From assembly GCA_964013405.1 (NCBI GenBank), contig CAXGWI010000133.1, positions 1-10,113 of the forward strand: a stretch of 10,113 nt of DNA. The letters run 5' to 3'. The stretch's first letter is position 1. Every line of letters starts with the position of its first letter. The notes beneath the pieces are model-generated. The model was not told the DNA's origin. It saw only the letters and a program-made list of their open reading frames with translations, and did not search any database. Source of the DNA: an uncultured Myxococcales bacterium (lineage in GTDB: Bacteria; Myxococcota; UBA4151). The position numbers were made by a program, and so were the translations under genes. Shown here piece after piece: positions 1-7,564 of the stretch.

Positions 1-143
1 ACGAAGAAGAAGACGAAGAAGAAGACGAAGAAGAAGACGAAGAAGAAGACGAAGAAGAAGAAGAAGAAGACGACGACGAAGAAGAAGAAGAAGGCGAAGA
101 AGAAGACGAAGAAGAAGAAGAAGAAGGCGAAGAAGAAGAAGAG
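1..143 (+). repeat. Coding GAA/GAC simple tandem repeat (poly-Glu/Asp tract 1)
   Basis: GAAGAAGAAGAC occurs 4 times at 3-50, followed by (GAA)n runs interrupted by GAC or GGC. A 29-nt block recurs with 33-bp period at 78-106 and 111-139. 45 of 47 codons (3-143) encode D/E, and there is no T before position 149. Confidence 0.95.
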
Positions 144-1310
144 CCCCGTAGCCTCAAGGATCGAATGGCTCAAGGCGACGAGATCGATCTGGAGACTGAG
201 GACGGCCGGCAGATCACCTATACGGTGCAACAGGGTGACACCCTTTGGGACTTATCCGATAAGTTCCTCAACAGTCCGTGGTATTGGCGCAAGATCTGGG
301 CGGCGAGCCCAGACATCGAAAATCCCCACTGGATCTATCCCGGCCAGAAGTTGACCTTCGTCGCAACGAATCCGGATGCGCTCGAAGTCACTGAGGAAGA
401 GGGTGAAGATGAAGATGACGATGACGATGAAGATGAAGACGAAGAAGACGAAGACGATGAAGAAGAAGATGAGGACGAGGAAGACGATGAGGGCACCATT
501 GACCCGAAGGCCGTAACGAAGCGGCAAGCGGACCAAGTGGAACTAACGGGCTATTTCGACCCCTATTTGGGCTACACTCGATCCCAGCTGGTTGAGATCA
601 CTGAGGACTCTCAGCGCCGCTTTAAGTCTCGGAGCCTGAATCTAAAGCCCAGTCATACCGTGATTGGTTTCGATGACCGAGGCGCAGGGATTGTGACCGG
701 TAGCCCCGTCGATCGGATCCTGATGGCTGATCTCGATCAAGTATCCATTCAGTTCAATGATCCTGAAAAGGTACCTCTTGCCGGGGAGAATCTATCCATC
801 TTCCGCCGGGTGCGTTTCCTGACAGACCCAGAAACTGGCGAACGGTTGGGCGTCGTGGCGCAACGAGTCGGCCAGATGACGGTGAAAGAGCTCGGCCAAG
901 AAGGGGCTGCCGTCGGCGTTATCGAGAAGACGATCGATGCCGTTGAACGGGGGGATTTCGTCGCGGTGGCCGAGCCGGTCATCTACGATCGACTTCCCAG
1001 CGCCGAAAACCAAGCAGAAGCCGAGGGATTGGTGATTGGCGGACTCTTGCAGTCCATTAGCTTGTACGGCGAGTTCCATTTGGTCTTCGTCAATATCGGA
1101 AGCGAAGATGGGGTTCAGGCTGGCAACACCCTGACCATTAGCCAAACCGAGGACCCCCTGACCCAGTCCGAGCTGCCGCTGCCGGTGGCTGTGGGTGCGC
1201 TCCGAGTGCTGAGTACCGGGGAGAAACACAGTACGGCGGTGGTGACGTTCTCAAGCCGGGAGATCAGCCGAGGCGATAAGGTACGGCTCACGCCCACGCC
1301 CCAGCCCTAG
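3..1310 (+). CDS. LysM peptidoglycan-binding protein, TsaP-like (type IV pilus secretin-associated), 5'-truncated by the window edge
   Basis: The frame of the 165..1310 ORF is open back to position 3 (EEED x4...EEEEEPRSLKDR-MAQG), so ATG 165 is probably internal. The LysM at about 219-359 (YTVQQGDTLWDLSDKFLNSPWYWRKIWAASPDIENPHWIYPGQKL) carries the Trp-rich PWxWxxIW...NPHxIYPG signature of TsaP/PA0020-type proteins. The beta-rich C-terminal part contains VFVNIGSEDGVQAGNTL (FlgT-C-like). Stop TAG at 1308-1310. Confidence 0.85.
   Translation, partial: EEEDEEEDEEEDEEEDEEEEEEDDDEEEEEGEEEDEEEEEEGEEEEEPRSLKDRMAQGDEIDLETEDGRQITYTVQQGDTLWDLSDKFLNSPWYWRKIWAASPDIENPHWIYPGQKLTFVATNPDALEVTEEEGEDEDDDDDEDEDEEDEDDEEEDEDEEDDEGTIDPKAVTKRQADQVELTGYFDPYLGYTRSQLVEITEDSQRRFKSRSLNLKPSHTVIGFDDRGAGIVTGSPVDRILMADLDQVSIQFNDPEKVPLAGENLSIFRRVRFLTDPETGERLGVVAQRVGQMTVKELGQEGAAVGVIEKTIDAVERGDFVAVAEPVIYDRLPSAENQAEAEGLVIGGLLQSISLYGEFHLVFVNIGSEDGVQAGNTLTISQTEDPLTQSELPLPVAVGALRVLSTGEKHSTAVVTFSSREISRGDKVRLTPTPQP
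393..491 (+). repeat. Low-complexity acidic linker (poly-Asp/Glu tract 2)
   Basis: 32 of 33 codons encode D/E (EEEGEDEDDDDDEDEDEEDEDDEEEDEDEEDDE), using mixed GAA/GAG/GAT/GAC codons. Confidence 0.9.
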
Positions 1311-1340
1311 GCCGTCAGGTCCCATCGGACCCTTGAGCGA

Positions 1341-4300
1341 TTAGAGGGACCGAGCCATCTTCAAAAGGCGCAAGCGCTCTTTCAAAAATCGGTGCAGGTG
1401 GACGAGGTCAAACTCGACATCGCTGCGACCCCGCTCCAGTTGGACGAGGGGCTTTTCCAACTCGAAATGGGCTTCGATCTCTGCAAGCCGCTGGCCGCAG
1501 TCGCTTGCCGAGTCCCCGGTCGAGGAGGACGCCTTTGAGGGGGTTTCTAGGTGGGCGATGCGGATTCCAACCTCAAAGAAAGTGCAGAGCATCTGTACCG
1601 GTGCTCGTGTGATGCCCTCGAGCAGTTGACGACACTGGCTCTGGGTTTCGGCCGCCTCGTCGAAGCGCTGGTCGAGGGCCAGGGCCAGGGCCAAATAGCC
1701 GCTGGTCATGCCGGCCCATTCCCGATGGCCCGCATGCACCAGGATTTGTTGAGCAGCCGCCAGGTCGGTGAGTGCGTCCCGGGTCCGACCTTGCAGTAGG
1801 GCGATCGCGCCCAGATGGAAGTGGCAGTTGGCTGCCATGATCCGTTGGCCGAGCCGTGTCCATCGGCCGAGGAGCGCCTCGTAGTCCCGTTGGCCTTCTA
1901 GAAAGCGTCCCTGGATAAATCGGGTGCGTGCCATGTTCGTCATTTGGGCCAGTTCCGACCGTGTCGCGCCAGCTTCGTGAAAGCGAGATGCGGCCGACCG
2001 ATAGAGACGTTCCGCTTCTGAGGGCTGTTGCCCTTGGGCGATGATGGCGAGGTTTCCCTGAAGTGCTGCGGCACCAAAGAGGTCGCCAATAGATTCGAAG
2101 CCAGCCTTCGCTCGATGGTACAGTTCGGTGGCACTCGATGGGTCGCCCCGCAAATGCTTCAGGCGCCCTAATCTTTCGGTCACAGTCCATGTTTCCCGGA
2201 TCTGCTGATCCCCAATGTGAGCAAGAACCGCCTCTAGAATCACTTCGGCTTCATCGAAGCGCTTAAGCCGAACGTAGACCGAGGCAAGAGCAGTTTGGCA
2301 GGTCCAGTTCAGCATCTCCTCAGGGGCACTCGTGCCAAGCAACTTTATTGCAGTCTCAACCTCTCGCACAGCAGCCTCTTGATCGTAGGCTTCCATCGCC
2401 ACCTTAAAGCGAGCCAGTCGAGCCCGGACCCGGAGATCTCGGTCGTCGATTTGGATGATCCGATCCAAGCCAAGAAGGTCACGCAGTACGCTCTGGTCTC
2501 CCCGGTCTCGCAGCACCGGCAGGGCGCAGAGCGTCGCTCGCATGGAGAGATCGCCGAGATTGGCCCGCCCCATCGCCACAAGGAGGTCGAGATGGTCCAG
2601 CAACAAGGCACGAACCTCTGTTCTTCGGTGGTCTCGATAGCCGTCGAGCTGGGGCTCCAGCAGGGGAAGTATCGAGCCGAGCAATCGCGTCAGAGCCTGG
2701 TTCTTTTCAAGGACATCCTGTCCTTGCATTTGGGCGAAGCGTCGGACGCTTTTGAGCAGTCCCCAGCGTGGCGGTGCCTCATCAGCCTCGTCCCGCAACG
2801 GCAGCAAAAATGACCGTTCGTCTAGGCCCTGGACCATGGTTTGGACCGATTTAAGCTCTAGTCCGCCCTGTTTCGGTAAGAGGGCCTGGATGTGTTCCAT
2901 GCTCAAGGGGGCGGGGACCCAGGCCATGATTCGGATCAGTCCTTGCTCCAGGTCGCTCAGGCCATCCCAGGAGAGGCGGAGCGCTAAATGGAGACGTTCC
3001 GATTGGGCGTGGTGATCGGTGATGTGGGGAAGGCGCTCAGGCAGCAGGTTCAAAATCTCATGGGGGCGCAACTCTTTGAGTCGGCCGGCCGTTAGGCGTA
3101 TCGCCAGCGGAGAGCCGTCCAATTCTTCGCTCATTTGCACGATGGCTTGCTGGTCGGCCGGACTTGGGTCGAAAGATCCGAGCTGGCGCCTTGCCGCGTC
3201 GACGAAAATACTGATGGCCCCCGCTGCATCCACTGGGCCGATGGGAATCACCAGTGGTTTCGATGGATCGGGACGCTCCGTCCCGGTGAAGACAAAGTAC
3301 AATGCGTCGGCCTGCGCTTCCCAGCGATTCAGGAGGGCCAGTGACTCGTCGTTGAGTTGATCCCAACCATGAACAAGAATGACGGTGCGCCCTTGGGCCC
3401 GGAGCGCATGGGGGATTTGGGCCTCAACACCATCCTTCCCAAGAAGCTCGCCGAGGGGCAGGTCCAAGGCCGTTGCCAACTGGACGATGACAGCCTCGGG
3501 ATCCATCGAATCCGTGCCCGTCAACTCCAGGCAGGCGATCAAGGCTTCCTCCTGAAATTGGGCGATCACCGTTTTCGCCAAATGACTCTTTCCCATGCCA
3601 GGGGGGCCCTTGATGAAGACCCGCCGGTGACCGCCCCTCAGGGCATCCAAAAGGGCCTCCTGCTCCACGGCACGCCCCAAAAGAGGGAGGGGGGGAGGCG
3701 CAATCTGAGGTCGACGGAAGGGGGTCGCCCGCAGGGCTGGAAAGCGTCGGTTGGCGAGGGCGCGGGGGAGAATCTGGATCAGATGTTCTGCTTCGCTCAA
3801 GCCGCTGAGCTTGAAGGTGCCCAGGTCCGCTTGCACGAGCTCGCCCGAGTCACCGGCTTTTTCCAAGAGGGCCCGGCTCAGTACGATTTGACCCCCATGC
3901 CCCGAATGGCTCACTCGGGCCGCTCGATTCACCATCCCACCGAAATAGTCCATTCGACCCGATGTCGGGTTCTGCCGCTGATGGGGTCGGCCGATATGTC
4001 CGCCCATACGAACCCGTAGGCCTCGAGTCAGGGGGAGCCCATCGGAATTAAATTCGATGCCCGCCTCCGGTTGGTCCAGCAACAGTTGGGGCCAATCCAG
4101 TGTGAGCAGGGCCCGTTGGACTTCGAGGCACCAGGCGACGGCCCGCGCCGGATCGCCAAAGGCGACCATGAACGCATCCCCATCGGATTTTACCTCATAG
4201 CCATGGAAATCGATGAGGAGGCGACGCAGCAGTTCATCGTGGTCCTCAAGCGCTCGTTGCATGGCGTCTGGAACTCGATCCCAGAGGGCCGTCGACCCTT

Positions 4301-4352
4301 CGACGTCCGTAAAGATGATGGTGAGTTCACCGCTGGGGGCTTCGATCGTCAT
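1341..4352 (-). CDS. Class III adenylate/guanylate cyclase fused to a STAND-type (COG3903-like) P-loop NTPase and a TPR-like helical region
   Basis: Cyclase motifs: IIFTDVEGST (D16), GYEVKSDGDAFM (K55, D59), GLRVRMG, RMDYFGGMVNRAARV (D135, N142, R146), GGQIVLS. NTPase region: LLGR, Walker A GPPGMGKS (aa 249-256), STAND GxP motif LDGSPLAIRLTAGRL, and SWDGLSDLEQ. The C-terminal ~350 aa are Ala/Leu-rich TPR-like repeats (e.g. LASVYVRLKRFDEAEVILEAVL, LGRLKHLRGDPSSATELYHRA). Confidence 0.92.
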   Translation of the reverse strand: MTIEAPSGELTIIFTDVEGSTALWDRVPDAMQRALEDHDELLRRLLIDFHGYEVKSDGDAFMVAFGDPARAVAWCLEVQRALLTLDWPQLLLDQPEAGIEFNSDGLPLTRGLRVRMGGHIGRPHQRQNPTSGRMDYFGGMVNRAARVSHSGHGGQIVLSRALLEKAGDSGELVQADLGTFKLSGLSEAEHLIQILPRALANRRFPALRATPFRRPQIAPPPLPLLGRAVEQEALLDALRGGHRRVFIKGPPGMGKSHLAKTVIAQFQEEALIACLELTGTDSMDPEAVIVQLATALDLPLGELLGKDGVEAQIPHALRAQGRTVILVHGWDQLNDESLALLNRWEAQADALYFVFTGTERPDPSKPLVIPIGPVDAAGAISIFVDAARRQLGSFDPSPADQQAIVQMSEELDGSPLAIRLTAGRLKELRPHEILNLLPERLPHITDHHAQSERLHLALRLSWDGLSDLEQGLIRIMAWVPAPLSMEHIQALLPKQGGLELKSVQTMVQGLDERSFLLPLRDEADEAPPRWGLLKSVRRFAQMQGQDVLEKNQALTRLLGSILPLLEPQLDGYRDHRRTEVRALLLDHLDLLVAMGRANLGDLSMRATLCALPVLRDRGDQSVLRDLLGLDRIIQIDDRDLRVRARLARFKVAMEAYDQEAAVREVETAIKLLGTSAPEEMLNWTCQTALASVYVRLKRFDEAEVILEAVLAHIGDQQIRETWTVTERLGRLKHLRGDPSSATELYHRAKAGFESIGDLFGAAALQGNLAIIAQGQQPSEAERLYRSAASRFHEAGATRSELAQMTNMARTRFIQGRFLEGQRDYEALLGRWTRLGQRIMAANCHFHLGAIALLQGRTRDALTDLAAAQQILVHAGHREWAGMTSGYLALALALDQRFDEAAETQSQCRQLLEGITRAPVQMLCTFFEVGIRIAHLETPSKASSSTGDSASDCGQRLAEIEAHFELEKPLVQLERGRSDVEFDLVHLHRFLKERLRLLKMARSL

Positions 4353-4437
4353 CGTCTCGCTGAAACCGTAAAATCACCACGGTCAGTTGTGAAGGTGACT
4401 TAGAAGTGGGACCTTCGTCCAGCGGGAGATTGAGGGC

Positions 4438-4881
4438 CTAGGATCGGGTCCAAACCCGCTGGGTCTTTTTCACCCGATGGACCGAGATGATGCGCGCTGG
4501 GTTCCGGCCGCTCGCAATCCGCCGACCCTCAAAAGTCCCGGTGAGTCGTTTGCCTTGCAACTTCAGGTCGAGCCGCCCCATCAACTCGCCTTCGATCAAA
4601 GGGGTGACCTCCTCCGCGAAACCAAGGGCCATCAGGTGGGCTTTGCCCTCGTCTCGGCGTGAGAGCCGTACCCGGCCGAAGTTGGCTGTCCCGGTGTAGA
4701 TTTCCTTGCCCCCTTCCCGCAGGCATTCGCCGCGCAGAAAGGGGCCAAACTGTTTCAGGTCGATACGGCGCTCCCCGTCGCTCCAACGCCCGCCGACCGG
4801 CGTCAAGAGGCCCCCGATAAAACTCAAAAATGCCCAGCCGGCGACCCCGCCAACGAGCACCCATCGGAGGAAGTCATCCAT
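4438..4881 (-). CDS. Hypothetical membrane-anchored protein (one N-terminal TM helix plus a probable beta-barrel domain)
   Basis: 147 aa; its ATG lies 2 nt after the proS stop. Hydrophobic segment at aa 7-26 (WVLVGGVAGWAFLSFIGGLL), followed by a GxW motif and alternating beta-strand patterns. The barrel fold is inferred. Confidence 0.75.
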   Translation of the reverse strand: MDDFLRWVLVGGVAGWAFLSFIGGLLTPVGGRWSDGERRIDLKQFGPFLRGECLREGGKEIYTGTANFGRVRLSRRDEGKAHLMALGFAEEVTPLIEGELMGRLDLKLQGKRLTGTFEGRRIASGRNPARIISVHRVKKTQRVWTRS

Positions 4882-4883
4882 GG

Positions 4884-6602
4884 CTAGGCGAGGGGATTGC
4901 GAGCCGGAAGGATCTGCTCTTGAAGAAATTGGGCCACGCCCTCGAAGTCGAGGTCATGGCGGTCGCCCGTCGCCCGATCGACGACTTCAGCTTGGCCCGT
5001 CTCAAGCCCCCTCTTGCCGAGCGCGACTCGCCAGGGGCAGCCGATCAACTCCGCGTCCTTAAACTTGAAGCCCGGTCGTTCGTTACGGTCGTCGTAGAGG
5101 ACCTCGAGGCCAGCATCGAGGAAGTTTTGATAGAGCTCATCGCAGCGGGCGGCGACTTCCGGCTCTTTACCCAGCCGAAGCAAGTGCACTTCGAAGGGGG
5201 CGAGGGGGACGGGCCAGACGATGCCCTTCTCGTCATGGCTTTGTTCGATGGCCGCCGCTGCTGTTCGGCCGATGCCGATCCCATAGCAGCCCATTTCCAT
5301 CGGCACTGCCTTGCCGTTTTCATCGAGGACAGTCGCCCCCATCGCATCGCTATACTTCGTGCCGAGATAGAAGATGTGGCCCACCTCGATGCCTCGACGA
5401 AAGCCAAAGGAGCCCTGGTCACAGCGACCACAGCCATCCCCGTCGGTGGGGACGCTGAGGTCAGCGAGGCGAGCCTCAAAGTCCCGGCCCAAGCGCAGGC
5501 CCGACACGTGATAGTCGGGACGGTTCGCACCGGTGACACCGTGCCCCATGGCGGCGACGGCGTGGTCGGCGATGATCGCTAGATCCGCTGGGCGCCCCTG
5601 GGGCCCGATAAAGCCAGCCACGCTTTGGAAGCGCTCAGTGATCTCTTCTTCGCTGGCGGCCACGAGCAGATCCACGCCCAGCAGTGCCCGCAGTTTCGCT
5701 TCGCTGAGATCATGGTCGCCCCGGACCAAGGCCAAGATGGGGGCGCCATCGCCCATCATAGCGACGCATTTGATCATGTCTGCCGCCTCGATGCCGAGGA
5801 AGTTACAGACCGCTTCGATACTGCCCTGCTCTGGTGTCAGGTGCTCCTCCACCGGAACCGCTTCCACGTCTTTGGCCGCAGCCACGCGCAATTCAGCCTT
5901 CTCCACATTGGCCGCATAACCGCAGTCGTCACAGACAGCGATGGCATCTTCGCCACTGTCAGCGATCACTTGAAACTCGTGGGAGAGCGAGCCGCCGATA
6001 TTGCCGGTATCGGCCTCGACCGCGCGAAAGTCCAAGCCACAGCGCTTGAAGATGCGGGTATAAGCCTCATGCATGCGCCAGTAACTCGTCTGAGCGCTTT
6101 CGGCGTTTCGGTCGAAGGAATAAGCATCCTTCATGACGAATTCTCGGCCCCGCATCAGGCCGAATCGTGGGCGAACCTCATCGCGGAATTTGGTCTGAAT
6201 CTGATACAGATTCATCGGCAGTTGCCGGTACGACTTAATCTCGGTCGCAGCCAGGCTCGTGATCACCTCTTCGTGGGTTGGGCCGAGGCAGAAGTCCCCA
6301 TGCTTTCGATCTTTGAAGCGCAAGAGCTCCGAACCGTAGTAGTCCCATCGGCCGCTTTCTTGCCAGAGTTGCCCGGGGATCACGACGGGCATGACGAGTT
6401 CCAGGGCCTCGGCCCGGTTCATCTCCTCCCGCACGATCGCTTCCACCTTACGCAGGGTCCGCAATCCCAAGGGTAAGACATTGTAGATGCCGGCGGCGAC
6501 CTGACGGATCATGCCGGACCGCAGCATCAACTGGTGGGACTGCACCACTGCACTCTGTGGAGCTTCCTTGAGCGTGGGGCTCAGGAACCGAGTCGCTCGC
6601 AT
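4884..6602 (-). CDS. proS: Proline--tRNA ligase (bacterial type, with INS editing domain)
   Basis: 572 aa. SHQLMLRSGMIRQVAAGIY, WQESGRW, LGPTHEE, motif 2 QIQTKFRDEVRPRFGLMRGREFVMKDAYSF, IGGSLSHEF, YAANVEKA, INS domain (MIKC, GFIGP, GANRPDYH), GIEVGHIF, motif 3 MGCYGIGIGR, and anticodon-binding domain YDDRNERPGFKFKDAELIG. Confidence 0.99.
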   Translation of the reverse strand: MRATRFLSPTLKEAPQSAVVQSHQLMLRSGMIRQVAAGIYNVLPLGLRTLRKVEAIVREEMNRAEALELVMPVVIPGQLWQESGRWDYYGSELLRFKDRKHGDFCLGPTHEEVITSLAATEIKSYRQLPMNLYQIQTKFRDEVRPRFGLMRGREFVMKDAYSFDRNAESAQTSYWRMHEAYTRIFKRCGLDFRAVEADTGNIGGSLSHEFQVIADSGEDAIAVCDDCGYAANVEKAELRVAAAKDVEAVPVEEHLTPEQGSIEAVCNFLGIEAADMIKCVAMMGDGAPILALVRGDHDLSEAKLRALLGVDLLVAASEEEITERFQSVAGFIGPQGRPADLAIIADHAVAAMGHGVTGANRPDYHVSGLRLGRDFEARLADLSVPTDGDGCGRCDQGSFGFRRGIEVGHIFYLGTKYSDAMGATVLDENGKAVPMEMGCYGIGIGRTAAAAIEQSHDEKGIVWPVPLAPFEVHLLRLGKEPEVAARCDELYQNFLDAGLEVLYDDRNERPGFKFKDAELIGCPWRVALGKRGLETGQAEVVDRATGDRHDLDFEGVAQFLQEQILPARNPLA

Positions 6603-6604
6603 GC

Positions 6605-7072
6605 TTATAGACCGCTGTGGATGAGGAGTTTGCCATCACGACGCACAAGGACAAACTCCTCCACGTCGTCGAGTCGCTCCCAGCCATCACCAGCCGGCAT
6701 ATTGTAGCGGAAGCGCATTTGCACCGCGTAGCGAGCGCGCAACGTATCATTCACCGAAACGACCTCTTTCAACTGCAGGTTCATGTGCAACTCGTCGATC
6801 TTCGAAAAGCGGTTCTTGGCCCGGCGGATCACCTCGTCACGGCCAACCCAGTCGTCCGAGGTATCGGCGGTGCCCATGTTCTCGGTAAAGTCCGCCGTCA
6901 CGAGCTCGCCAAGTGCTTCGGCGTTTTTCGAGGTCATGGCGGCCTGGTAGGCGTCAAGCAATGCGACGACTTCTTTATTCAGGGGGCTCGCCTTGACACC
7001 GGGATGACGCTCCATCGTCCCGTAACATGCGGTGGTGAGAGCCAGTGAAATCACCAAAATATGCTGCTTCAT
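6605..7072 (-). CDS. Probable lipoprotein with an NTF2/SnoaL-like (DUF4440-like) domain
   Basis: The preferred start is ATG 7072, 4 nt after the upstream TGA. It gives MKQHILVISLALTTAC, a signal-peptide-II-like sequence ending in Cys16. The body has an NTF2-like pattern (LLDAYQAAMTSKNAEALGELVTADF...GRDEV...FVLVRRDGKLLIHSG). The stop is 2 nt before the proS ATG. Confidence 0.8.
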   Translation of the reverse strand: MKQHILVISLALTTACYGTMERHPGVKASPLNKEVVALLDAYQAAMTSKNAEALGELVTADFTENMGTADTSDDWVGRDEVIRRAKNRFSKIDELHMNLQLKEVVSVNDTLRARYAVQMRFRYNMPAGDGWERLDDVEEFVLVRRDGKLLIHSGL

Positions 7073-7076
7073 TCGC

Positions 7077-7544
7077 TCAGCCTTTCTTGAGTTTTTTGAT
7101 CGCTTTGGCGACCGCCGTGGGTCCGACATAGCCGTGTTTGGCCATGAAGGCGACCACCACTGGGCCGCCGAGGAGAAGAACCTTGAGGTAGCCGCGCCGT
7201 GTGAGGCGAAACAAGCCCGCTTTCAGTTGAACGCGCACGGCGTTCTCTTCTTCCTCAGCCATCATCGCTTTGAGGAAGCTGACACCGAAGTCCCCGATTC
7301 GGTTCCCCTCTGTGTCATGGATCTGCTGTACTGCGTTGGGACCCATGGTGAGGATGAAATCGGGATCCACCGCCGCACCAGGGCGGATCTCCGCCGACTG
7401 AGCCGTCCGCTCGAAGGTGTATTCGCCTGGTTCACCAAGGATTCGGATACCGACAGTGGTTCCCCGTTTCAGTGGGCGGACCGCATTTCTACCCGCTTCC
7501 ATGGTGGTGAAGATACGGGTCAGTTGTTCGATCGCTTGACTCAT
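7077..7544 (-). CDS. Hypothetical protein, SCP2 (sterol carrier/lipid-binding)-like fold
   Basis: 155 aa with an SD-like GGGAG 7 nt upstream of the ATG. The segment TVGIRILGEPGEYTF...AEIRPGAAVDPDFILTMGPNAVQQI resembles the SCP2 pattern. The CDS is well supported; the fold assignment is moderate. Confidence 0.7.
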   Translation of the reverse strand: MSQAIEQLTRIFTTMEAGRNAVRPLKRGTTVGIRILGEPGEYTFERTAQSAEIRPGAAVDPDFILTMGPNAVQQIHDTEGNRIGDFGVSFLKAMMAEEEENAVRVQLKAGLFRLTRRGYLKVLLLGGPVVVAFMAKHGYVGPTAVAKAIKKLKKG

Positions 7545-7551
7545 AGAAGCG

Positions 7552-7556
7552 CTCCC
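7552..7556 (-). promoter_or_regulatory. Shine-Dalgarno-like site for the 7544 start
   Basis: The minus strand reads TAG-GAGGCGGC-GGGAG-CGCTTCT-ATG, placing GGGAG 7 nt before the ATG. Confidence 0.55.
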
Positions 7557-7564
7557 GCCGCCTC

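Noticed and set aside
165..167. ATG 165 as the true start of the LysM gene
   Set aside because: The frame is open upstream to the window edge, and no signal peptide follows this ATG although the family is periplasmic.
252..536. 94-aa very hydrophobic minus-strand ORF resembling a membrane protein
   Set aside because: It is the antisense reading of the GAA/GAC/GAT acidic tract, which automatically yields F/V/I/L codons.
1315..1336. Hairpin GGTCC-CATC-GGACC between convergent genes as a terminator
   Set aside because: Only a 5-bp core stem and no U-tract on either strand.
3689..3695. G7 run in the cyclase-NTPase linker as a phase-variation site
   Set aside because: It is short, explained by Pro codons in a GC-rich gene, and the frame is intact.
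4830..6476. Long + strand ORFs (4830..5582, 5625..6476); likewise 2295..2813, 3357..4019 and 7032..7853
   Set aside because: They are antisense shadows of well-supported genes, expected in GC-rich DNA, and have no recognisable motifs.
6603..6604. T-box or attenuator leader upstream of proS
   Set aside because: Only 2 nt separate proS from the upstream gene.
7073..7129. Longer start (7129) for the lipoprotein
   Set aside because: It overlaps the upstream gene by 53 nt and buries the signal peptide; ATG 7072 fits better.
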